This document shows positions 34,163-44,420 of a stretch of 64,000 bases of DNA, piece after piece. Under the pieces are notes generated by a model, which did not search any database, was not told where the DNA came from, and saw only the letters and a list, made by a program, of their open reading frames with translations. The translations under genes were made by a program, and so were the position numbers. This DNA is from Malacoraja senta (Eukaryota). Position 1 is the stretch's first letter. Each line of letters begins with the position of its first letter. The stretch lies in assembly GCA_038087875.1 (NCBI GenBank), contig CM075997.1, forward strand, positions 8,558,001 through 8,622,000, in the 5' to 3' direction.

Positions 34163-36210
34163 AACACAATTTCCTGCCTAATGTGGATTTCCTTCAGTCC
34201 CTCCGTCACCCTAGATCCTCTGGCCACTAGTACATCAGGAAGATTGTTTGTGTCTTCCTTAGTGAAGACGGATCCAAAGTACCTGTTCAACTCATCTGCC
34301 ATTTCCTTGTTCCCCATAATAAATTCACCTTTTTCAGTCTTCAAGGGTCCAACTTTGGTCTTAACTATTTTTTTCCTCTTCACATACCTAAAGAAGCTTT
34401 TACTATCCTCCACTATATTCTTGGCTAGCTTACCTTCGTACCTCATCTTTTCTCCCCGTATTGCCTTTTTAGTTATCTTCTGTTGCTCTTTAAACATTAC
34501 CCAATCCTCTTGCTTCCCGCTCATCTTTGCTACGTTGTACTTCTTCTCTGTTATTTTTATACTGTCCCTGACTTCCCTTGTCAGCAACGGTCGCCCCTTA
34601 CCCCCCTCGGAATCTTTCTTCCTCTTTGGAATGAACTGATCCTGCACCTTCTGTATTATTCCCAGAAATACCTGCCATTGTTGTTCCACTGTCATCCCTG
34701 CTAGGGTATCTTTCCAGTCAACTTTGGCTAGCTCCTCCTTCATGGCTCCATAAACCCCTTCATCCAACTGTACCATTGACACCTCCAATTTACCCTATTC
34801 CCTCTCAAATTGTAGATTAAAACTTACCATATCATGGTCACTACCTCCTAATGACTCCTTTACCTCAAGTTCCCGTATCAAATTTGGTTCATTGCACAAC
34901 ACTAAATCCAGAATGCCTTCTCCCTGGTAGGCTCCAGTATAAGCTGCTCTAAGAATCCATCACAGAGGCACTCCACAAACTCCGTTTCTTGAGGTCCAGT
35001 ACCAACCTGATTTTCCCAGTCTACCTGCATGTTGAAATCTCCCATGACAACTGTAGCATTACTTTTACTACATGCAAATTTTAACTTGATTCAACTTGCA
35101 TCCTATATCCAGGCTACTGTTTGGGGGCCTGTAGATTAGTCCCATTAGTGTCTTTTTACCCTTACAATTCCTTAGTTCTATCCATACTGACTCTACATCT
35201 CCTGTTTCAATGTCACCTTTTACAAGGGACTGAATTTCATTCCTTACCAACAGAGCAACCCCACTCCCCTCTGCCCACCTGTCTGTCTTTTCGATAGGAG
35301 GTATACCCTTAAATATTCAGTTCCCAGCTCTGGCCCTCTTGCAGCCATGTCCCTGTAATTCCCACAACATCATACTTGCCAATTTCTAACTGAGCCTCAA
35401 GCTCGTCCACTTTATTTCTTATACTTCGCGCATTCATATACAACAGATTGACCTCAGTGTTCACCTCCCCTCTCGCACCACTCGTAATTGGCCCTGACCT
35501 TACTCTTATCCTTTCTCGAACTTTCCTTCCCAATAATTCAGGAGTCATTTGTAACTTTTCCTGCACTCACTTCCCCTTTAACTCCATCTTAATACTCCCA
35601 ATTTGTCAATATGTCCCCCTGGCCATTCACCCTCAACTCCGAACGGTGGGATCTCGCTCTCCGCCTTGGACGTCCGCAAGACTCTGGCTGCGGTAAACAA
35701 GGACTTTTGCTCATTAACCTGATGGAGCCAAGTTGTATTCCAATGCAATAAATGGTTTTTTTTAAGCAAAAAAAATGTAGATAGGCCATGATAAGCTTTC
35801 CTTTATATATATTAAAAAAGAATAATGCTAACTGATCGTGCACAATTGTGATGGCTTGATTTCAAAGGCAGGGCAGGGGCATACACTGAGGGATTCGGGG
35901 GGTTGGAGGAGGTTTCTTCTTTTTTTCCCCTCAGTTGTCTGGGGAGGAAGGCGGCGGCACTCGGCCCGTCGGGGCTAGGATGCGAGAGGGGAAGGCTGAG
36001 CTCGGATTGAGGCTTGGAAGGCTGAGCTTGGAAGGCAGGCCCCTCTCATCCGTGCTACCCCGGGCTTTCTGCAACACAATCTTGCACTGTTCTGCACTGG
36101 ATATTGCATTTGTCATCACCATATGTACACTGTTTGCTCTGGCGGCTGCGGAGGGTGGTGAATCTGGAATTCATTGCCACAGACGGTGGTGGAGGCCAAG
36201 TCACCGGGTA

Positions 36211-36501
36211 TTGTTTAGATTTTGGAGATACTGCGTGGAAACAGGCCCTTCGGCCCACTGAGTCCTCGCCGACCAGTGATCCATCCTACACGCATTAGAG
36301 ACAATTTTACAGAAGCCAATTAACCTACAAACGTGCGTGTCTTTGGAGTGGGGGGAGGAAACCGGAGCACTCGGAGAAAACCCACGCAGGTCACGGGGAG
36401 AACGTACAAACTCGGTACAGACAGCACCCGTAGTCAGGATGGAACCCGGGTCTCGGGCGCTATGAGGCAGCAACTCTACCGCTGCACCATCGTGCCACGC
36501 C
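36211..36501 (-). mobile_element. tRNA-derived V-SINE (HE1-like)
   Basis: Head GGCACGATGGTGCAGCGG (A box) and GGGTTCCATCC (B-box variant); V-domain GAGTTTGTACGTTCTCCCCGTG..CCGGTTTCCTCCC..CCAAAGAC; CR1-type tail GGGCCGAAGGGCCTGTTTCC. Inserted in a CR1 3' fragment (36150-36640). Confidence 0.88.
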
Positions 36502-36644
36502 TTTTAAAGCAGAGATTGTCAGGTTCCGGATTAGTACGGGTGTCAGGGGTTATGGGGAGAAGGCAGGAGAATGGGGTTGAGAGGGAAAGATAGATCAGTC
36601 ATGATTGAATGGTGGAGCAGACTCGATGGGCCGAATGGCCTTAT

Positions 36645-37128
36645 GGCCTCATAGCCGGCGGTCGGGCCCCTCACGTTGGGGCGATCAAGCTCCCGCATAG
36701 TTGTATCTCAGCTCCCCGTGCCGGGCGATCGTACCCGTGTCGGGGCCAGTCGAACCTCCTGCGACTTGGAGCTTCCCGACATTTGTCTCTACCCGAGACT
36801 GAGCTCCTCGGTGTTGAAATCCGCAGGCCGTGGTTGGAGTGTCGATCCCAGGCAAGCCCCGCGGTGGGGCTCAAAGTCAGTCTCGAGCAGGGCCGCCAGC
36901 TTCATGATGTTAGGCTGCAGAGCGACAGGAGATATGATCCGAAAAACAATCGCATCTCCGGCAAGGTAAGAGATTGAAAAAAAAGTTTCCCCCGACCCAT
37001 CCCCCACATAAAACAATCCGGAGAACATTAACACAAACTTTTAAAAACACACACAAAATAACAAAAATGACTAAAAGACAGACAGACAGACCGTCAGCGA
37101 GGCTGCCATCGCTGACAGCCCCACTCGA
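36645..37128 (-). mobile_element. 5' part of a GC-rich non-coding retroposon related to the 48547-49520 element
   Basis: Colinear similarity with 49130-49500: GATCCCAGGCAAG vs GACCCAGGCAAG, then AGGTA(A/G)G, A-run, CCCC.ACAT.AAA and a head hairpin. Confidence 0.55.
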
Positions 37129-37361
37129 TGGAATTCTGCTGCTATGTCATATGAACCTGTCCAAACACCTTTTAAAGATTGTGATTGTATCTACCTCCCT
37201 ACACCTCCTCCGGCAGCTCGTTCCACATGTGATTCCACAACCCTCTGGTTTTTGTGGCGTGCTATCCAGTTAGGGGAAAGACTGTACATGATTACAATCG
37301 AGCCGTCCACAGTGTACAGATACATAATATTGGGTATAATGTTTAATGCAAGTACATGGAT

Positions 37362-37905
37362 TGGTGAGGTTTCGGGTCGGGACCCTTCTTCAGTCTGATT
37401 GTAGTTGGGGAAGGAAGCTGGAAGGGAGATGAGGGTGGGACAAAGCCTCACTTGCACCTCCTCCAACCTCATCTACTGTATCCGTAGCTCAAGATGTGGA
37501 CTCTTATACATTGGCGAGACCAAACACAGACTGGGCGATCGTTTCGCGGAACACCTTCGCTCAGCCCACCTGAACCAACCTGATCTCCCGGTTGTTGGAC
37601 ACTTTAATTCTCCTTCCCATTCCCACACTGACCTTTCTGTCCGTCTCCTCCATTGTCAGACTGAAGCTAAACGCAAATTGGAGGAACAGTATCTCATATT
37701 TTGCTTGTGTAGCTTACAGCCCAGTGGTATGAATATTGATTTATCTCACTTCAGGTAGCCCTAGCATTCCCTCTCTCTCTATCCCTACCCCACCCAAGTC
37801 GCACTAGCTTCTCGTTTTCACCTAACAAACAGCTAACAATGGCATGTTTCCTTTATCATCATCACTTTTTTGCAGATCTTTCATTCATTGTTCTTTATCT
37901 CTCCA
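37362..37905 (+). mobile_element. Penelope-like element 3' part with GIY-YIG endonuclease remnant and inverted terminal segment
   Basis: ORF 37405-37758 TCTSSNLIYCIRSSRCGLLYIGETKHRLGDRFAEHLRS..HFN..H..EQYLIF.L..LQPSGMNID is a PLE-type GIY-YIG. It is preceded by an inverted copy of the terminal repeat. Confidence 0.92.
37364..37395 (-). ncRNA. Minimal hammerhead-ribozyme-like core in a PLE terminal repeat
   Basis: Minus strand CTGAAGA-A-GGGTC-CC-GACCC-GAAA-C-CTC gives CUGANGA, stem II, GAAA and an NUH triplet. Stems I and III are weak in this copy. Confidence 0.55.
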
Positions 37906-37909
37906 CTTC

Positions 37910-38112
37910 ATCTCTGCCTCAGAGGGCAGTGGAGGCCAGTTCTCTGGATGCTTTCAAGAGAGAGTTAGATAGTGCTCTTAAAGATAGCGGAGTTAAGGGA
38001 TATGGGGAGAAGGCAGGAACGGGGTACTGATTGTGGATGATCAGCCATGATTACATTGAATGGCAGTGCTGGCTCGAATGGCCTACTCCTGCACCTGTTG
38101 TCTATTGTCTGT
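37910..38112 (+). mobile_element. CR1 family-B 3' tail fragment
   Basis: SLPQRAVEASSLDAFKRELD..GEKAGTGY* and a (CTATTGT)-like tail. Confidence 0.88.
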
Positions 38113-38750
38113 TGAAACGTCACCCATTCTTCCTTCTCTCCAGAGATGCTGCCTGTCCGGCTGAGTTACTCCAGCTTTTTGTGTCCATCTTTAAGTAATA
38201 GATGGATATATGTGAGGGGGAGCGGGGTGATTGGCAGATGGGTGGACAAAGGCCAGAGATGGAAAGAACAGAAAAGGCTGTGAGAGAAGATGAGCAGAAT
38301 GTGAAGCCAGAGAAAGGGATATTGGTGAAAGGGGAAAGGGGGAAACGAGTCCCGTTCAGGTGAGGCACAGGGAAGAGAGGGGAAAAAAGGGGATGGACAG
38401 AAAAAGCTGGAATAAGTCAGCAAGTCAGACAGCATCTCTGGAGAAAAGGAATGGGTGATGTTTTGGGTCGAGGCCCTTCTTCAGACTGAGTCAGGGAAGA
38501 GGGAGACTAGAGATATGGAAGGGTGAGGTGTGAAAATGACAGAACAAAGCAGATGCTAAGGATATGCAAAAAAATGACGATGTTAAAGGAAATAGGCCAT
38601 TGTTAGCTTGGGCGAGGTGAAATCGAGTTAGACAATGAGACCCAACAAGATGACTTTGAAGCTGGTATGACTTGGGTGGGGGAGGAATGGAGAGAGAGGA
38701 TGTAAGGGTTACGAGAAGTTAGAGAAATCAGTATCCATACCGCTATCAAT
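38113..38750. mobile_element. Penelope-like terminal repeat fragments in both orientations
   Basis: GAAACGTCACCCATTC..GATGCTGCCTGTCC (plus) and GATGTTTTGGGTCGAGGCCCTTCTTCAGAC (minus), plus the minus-strand end of the GIY-YIG region near 38710-38745. Confidence 0.78.
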
Positions 38751-39547
38751 AAAAGGGAGGTACAGTGCCCTCCATAATGTTTGGGACAAAGACCCATCAT
38801 TTATTTATTTGCCTCTGTACTCCACAATTTGAGATTTGTAATAGAAGAAATCACATGTGGTTAAAGTGCACATTGTCAGATTTTAATAAAGGCCATTTTT
38901 GTGCATTTTGGTTTAACCATGTAGAAATTACAGCTGTGTTTATACATATCAACATGAGGACCAAAGTATTGCCAATTAAATTCAAAGAAGCCATTATGAG
39001 ATGGAAGAAGGGTCTCAACCCGAAACATTACCTATTTCCTTTGCTCCATAGATGCTGCCTCACCCGCTGAGTTTTGCCAGCATTTTTGTCTACCTTTATA
39101 CAGCTATTTCAGGGCACCATAATGTTTGGGACCAGGGCCGGCCCTAGGCCGATTGGACCGATTTTTCCAAATTGGGCCCCGCGCCCAAGGGGGGCCCCAC
39201 GTTAATTTTCCGTATTTCATATGGAAATACAAATTCGCTATGTTATATAAAGATTTTTAAAAAACATTCGCCATACGGATTCTTTTACTAAACGAACATG
39301 GATAACAAACAATGTGTTAACTGCTACTGCAACACTTGTAAACAGCCAGTAGTTAGCAAGTAGTTATACAATGCATCGATCCACATTCCTCAGTAAATGG
39401 GTTAAATTGTGTCACTTGCTGCCACCGGAGCAGACCCGGGGGGGGGGGGGTGGGGGGTAGTCTACAGGGCAGCAAGCCCCAGCACCGCAGCAAACTCAGC
39501 GGGGTGGGGGGGGTTGTGTTAACTCGTTCAGTGCCGTAACTCGTTCG

Positions 39548-39742
39548 GTGTCTGTGTGTGTCTGTCTGTCTGTGTATGTGTGTCTGTGTCAGTGTATGTC
39601 TCTGTGTTTCTGTGTGTGTGTGTGTGTGTGTGTGTCTCTGTGGCTGTGTGTGTGTCTGTGTTTCTGTGTCTCTGTGGCTGTGTGTGTGTGTGTGTCTCTA
39701 TCTGCATGTGTTTCTGGGTGTGTCTCTGTCTGTGTGTGTGTG
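39548..39742. repeat. Imperfect (TG)n/(TCTGTG)n microsatellite
   Basis: Directly visible. Confidence 0.95.
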
Positions 39743-39919
39743 GGGGGGCAGTGGAGAGACAGAGAGAGGGGGGTTTTCAGTTTGCAAACCACTCGTTTTC
39801 AGTTAAGAGTTGGACACGATTACTGTCAATACGAGCAGCTCACGGAGCAGAGTCAGAATGAGAAACACTGCTTGGCTCTCACACACACACTCCTGGAGCG
39901 AACTGTAGATATAAATGTG

Positions 39920-40175
39920 GCTGGGGGGAGGAGTGGGGGGGGGGAGAGGGAGAGGAAGAGGGAGAGAGAGAGAGAATTGGAGAGAGAAGAGAGAGAGAGG
40001 AGGGAGAGAGAGGGGGGTAATTGGGGAGAAGACACAGAGAGAGGAAGGAGGGAGAGGAGGAGAGAATTGGAGAGAGAAGGGGGAGAGAGAGAGGGGGAGA
40101 GAGAGAGAGAGAGAGGGGGGGAGAGAGAGAGGGGGGAGAAGGGGAGAGAGAGAGAGAGAATTGGAGAGAGAGAGA
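39920..40175. repeat. Polypurine (GA)-rich low-complexity tract
   Basis: Directly visible; recurring GAGAGAATTGGAGAGAG unit. Confidence 0.93.
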
Positions 40176-40496
40176 GTTCTCCCTTCTGCCTCACCACCAC
40201 TGTTGGCTGCCCTTTGTGAGGTGATTGGAGACCAAAACCAGTTACCCTTTAGATCTCCCTCTCCCTACCTCTCACTACCTCTCTCCCCCTCTCTCTGCCT
40301 CCTTCTTTAGCGAGGGGGGAGGCTGAGGGAAGGAAGGGGGGAGAGGGCGGAGGGGAGAGAACGCTGTACACAGGTGGTGACTCACTCTCACACTGGGATC
40401 CCCCCCTGTCATTGCGCAGTCTATCTGACTCCCTGCACCCCCCCACCTCCTCCCCCCCTCCCCCCATGCAGCGAAGGAAATATGCAGTGTTTCAGG

Positions 40497-42157
40497 TCGA
40501 AATAGCAGGGGACCGGGGGTCAAATGAGATGGAGGTACTGAGTGAAATCCAGGTTAGCCGGGAAGTGGTGTTTGGTAAATTGAATGGATTAAAGGCCGAT
40601 AAATCCCCAGGGCCAGATAGGCTGCATCCCAGAGTACTTAAGGAAGTAGCCCCAGAAATAGTGATAATTTTTCAAAACTCTTTAGATTCTGGAGGAGTTC
40701 CTGAGGATTGGAGGGTAGCTAATGTAACCCCACTTTTTAAAAAGGGAGGGAGAGAGAAAACGGGGAATTACAGACCAGTTAGTCTAACTTTGGTAGTGGG
40801 GAAACTGCTCGAGTCAGTTATTAAAGATGGGATAGCAGCACATTTGGAAAATGGTGAAATCATTGGACAAAGTCAGCATGGATTTATGAAAGGTAAATCA
40901 TGTCTGACGAATCTTATAGAATTTTTCGAGGATGTAACTAGTAGAGTGGATAAGGGAGAACCAGTGGATGTGTTATATCTGGACTTTCAGAAGGCTTTCG
41001 ACAAGGTCCCACATAAGAGATTAATATACAAACTTAAAGCACACGGTATGTGGATAGAGAACTGGCTGACAGACAATAAGCAAAGAGTAGGAGTAAACGG
41101 GTCCTTTTCAGAATGGCAGGCAGTGACTAGTGGGGTACCGCAAGGCTCAGTGCTGGGACCCCAGCTATTTACAATATATATTGATGATTTGGACGAGGGA
41201 ATTGAATGCAACATCTCCAAGTTTGCGGATGGCACGAAGCTGGAGGGCAGTGTTAGCTGTGAGGAGGGTGCTAGGAGGCTGCAAGATGACTTGGATAGGC
41301 TGGGTGTGTGGGCAAATGCATGGCAGATGCAGTATAATGTGGATAAATGTGAGGTTATCCACTTTGGTGGCAAAAACAGGAAAGTAGACTATTACCTGAA
41401 TGGTGGCCGATATGGAAAAGGGGAGATGGGTGTCATGGTACACGAGACCTGGGTGTCATGGTACACCAGTCATTGAAAGTAGGCATGCAGGCAGTGAAGA
41501 AAGCGAATGGTATGTTAGCATTCATAGCAAAAGGATTTGAGTATAGGAGCAGGGAGGTTCTACTGCAGTTGTACAGGGTCTTGGTGGGACCACACCTGGA
41601 GTATTGCATACAGTTTTGGTCTCCTATTCTGGGGAAGGACATTCTTGCCATAGAGGGAGTACAGAGAAGGTTCACCAGACTGGTTCCTGGGATGTCAGGA
41701 CTTTCATATGAAGAAAGACTGGATAGACTCGGCTTGTAATCGCTAGAATTTAGAAGATTGAGGGGGGATCTTATAGAAACGTACAAAATTCTTAAGGGGT
41801 GGACAGGCTAGATGCAGGAAGATTGTTCCCGATGTTGGGGAAGTCCAGAACGGGTCACAGTTTAAGGATAAATGGGAGGTCTTTTAGGACTGAGATTAAA
41901 AAAAAAAATTTACACAGAGAGTGGTGAATCTCTGGAATTCTCTGCCACAAAATGTAGTTGAGGCCAGTTCATTGGCTATATTTAAGAGGGAGTTAGATGT
42001 GGCCCTTGTGGCTAAAGGGATCAGGGGGTATGGAGAGAAAGCAGGTACAGGATACTGAGTTGGATGTTCAGCCATGATTATATTGAATGGCGGTGCAGGC
42101 CCAAAGGGCCAAATGGCCTACTCCTGCACCTAGTTTCTATGTTTCTATGTTTCTATG
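40497..42157 (+). mobile_element. CR1 LINE (family C), 5'-truncated
   Basis: RT ORF 40412-41476 (FADG in place of FADD); (TTTCTATG)n tail. Confidence 0.95.
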
Positions 42158-42221
42158 AAACCCTTCTTCAGACCTGGCCCGAAACGTTGGCTAATTCCTT
42201 CGCTCCGTAGATGCTGCCTCA

Positions 42222-43959
42222 AGCCCTGTCCCACTGTGCGAGTTCACCCAAGAGCTCTCCCGAGATTAAAATCTCTGTGTAGCATCTCTGTCCCTATCTT
42301 CAAATTCCCACTTTGAAATAAAATACAACTTTCGACTTACAAATTAGTCGATTCCCACGCATTTTCAATCATCGTTCGATTCAGTGTAATTTTCACACCT
42401 GGTTGATATAGGGTTTTTTTTAAAGATACAGTACATTACAATAAATAGTTTCAAGCATACCCGGTACTAAACGCACGAACATTAAGGTGGTTACTGATGT
42501 TACAAACGGTTATAAATGAATATAATTTCAAAGTGAAATAGGAGATTTCCGTGGAAAGAATATTTAACCAGAATATGGTGAGGTCGCTGCAAAATGCTCA
42601 CTTAAAACAATACGCCGTCAACTCAGGATTGTTTCTTAGCCCTCTGACAGGTGTTTCAATCTCACCTCGTAGCTCGCTGTTAATCGATTCGTAGCTATTA
42701 ATTTTCATTCCTGGTCCATATCGAACTTCTCCAAATGCAAACGCTTCTAGTTACGCTTCTTGTGTGGTGGTAAGGGGGGGGGGGGGGCATGCTAGGATAA
42801 AATACCATATATTTGCATTTACTGTATATAGCGATCCTGCTGCAAAATTTTTAAGTCGAAAGTTGCAATTTATTTCTAAGTGGGAATTGGAAGTTAGGGA
42901 CAGAGATGCTTCACAGAGATTTTGATAGGATGGAAACGTTACAGCAGCTGAGTAAAAGATCGGTCAAATGGTAGGTTCAATGAAGATCGGGCGAGGGGGA
43001 TTGGGGGTGGGGGAAAAGTATCTATAGTTTGGGACTTGCCTAAATGAGTACTGAGATGGATTATCATTCTACACCAAATTTCTTAGACAATAATACCTTT
43101 TATGCAATTATCACAATAGTTTGTTGGATATGGATCAACGGACTCTGTATGGTACATGCTCATAAATTAGTAAAATAAATGTTCTTCTTTAAGTACTGTT
43201 GTTTCTGGGATGGGGGTGACTGATAACAAATACTCTACATTATATATTTTGTCATAATGTGGCTGAAACAATGGCATATTTTGTGATATTTATTAAGATA
43301 GAAAGATACAACTGAGTCCGGGCAAGATATTACCTTGCAACATTCTGTATGTCTGATAGATATTGTGAAATGGAACTCAGATATTATGGGAGGATTACAT
43401 AAAACTACAATTCAAAGGTAATGAATATACAGAGTATTCTTATTTCCATCATGAACATACAATAGTGATATAGGACACCAGGACCTACTACGGTAAACTC
43501 ACGAGCTACTACGGTGTGACTACGTGTTAAAAAGTATCAAATTTTTACATCCTGAGTATATTTTAAATGTGGACATTTTTCAACATGTTGAAAAATCTTC
43601 ACGAGTTACCCGAGTACCTGCCATTAGCGCTATGAAATGGCATGTTGGCCTTTATAACAAGAGGAAACGAATATAGGAGCAAAGAGGTCCTTCTGCAGTT
43701 ATACAGAGTTCTAGTGAGACCGCACCTGGAGTATTGTGTGCAGTTTTGGTCCCCTAATTTGAGGAAGGACATTCTTGCTATTGAATGGCTGGCTCGAAGG
43801 GCCAAATGGCCCACTCCTGAACCTATTGTTTATTGTCTATTGAAACGTCCCGAGCTCCGACGTACCCGCTACGTTCATTCTACGTGTTTACCACGAGTTT
43901 TGATTTTTTTTTAATACTCGGGAGAGCTCTTGGGTGAACTCGCGCAGTGGGACAGAGCT
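42222..43959. mobile_element. PIF/Harbinger-type non-autonomous DNA transposon
   Basis: 43-bp TIR AGCCCTGTCCCACTGTGCGAGTTCACCCAAGAGCTCTCCCGAG (2 mismatches); 3-bp TSD TCA (42219-42221 and 43960-43962); internal palindrome ATTTTTCAACATGTTGAAAAAT. It splits a PLE repeat (42158-44030). Confidence 0.87.
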
Positions 43960-44139
43960 TCAGACCCGCTGAGTTTCTCCAGCATTTTTGTGTACCTTCG
44001 ATTTTCCAGCATCTACAGTTCCTTCTTAGACGTTTTGCGGTGATGGCTGCATCTACGGTTCCTTTCTGTTGGGGGGAGGGGGGGGGGTGTCCTGGCCCGT
44101 GGCGGCTCCTGATAAGTGATATGTTCCCTCCGCGGGTGC

Positions 44140-44420
44140 TGCCTTGCCCGCTGAGTTCCTCCAGCACTCTGTGTTTTTTGTTTGGATCTGAAGTTGAAAG
44201 TGGATCCCCCTGTGTCTACATTCAACTCTCTGTCTGTGGTGGCTCAGCGGGACAGGCAGGGGCTCTGGGGAGAGGGTTGCGGTTCTGGTCGAGATCCTTC
44301 TTCAGACAATCACAAGTACTCTCACCGACGAGAGTTCAGTTCAGTCTGAAGAAGGGTCTTCTCTCCAGAGTCGCTGCGCTGCCTGTCCTGCTGAGCTACT
44401 CCAGCTTTTGTCTATCTTCA
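44140..44420. mobile_element. Penelope-like terminal repeat fragments, inverted pair
   Basis: CTCAGCGGGACAGGCAG..CCTTCTTCAGAC followed by GTCTGAAGAAGGGTCT..CTGCCTGTCCTGCTGAG. Confidence 0.7.

Larger units (their letters stand above)
30316..35620 (-). mobile_element. CR1 LINE (family B), APE-RT to 3' end, with nested insertions
   Basis: Minus ORFs YMNARSIRNK (35309-35566), 34120-34788 and RT fragments. Interrupted at 30340-30750 (+ CR1 piece), 31306-32986 and 33991-34162. Confidence 0.92.

Noticed and set aside
36430..36501. tRNA gene
   Set aside because: The A/B boxes belong to the SINE head; there is no full cloverleaf and a V-domain follows.
39548..40310. ORFs rich in VCVC and ERER
   Set aside because: Translations of (TG)n and (GA)n microsatellites.
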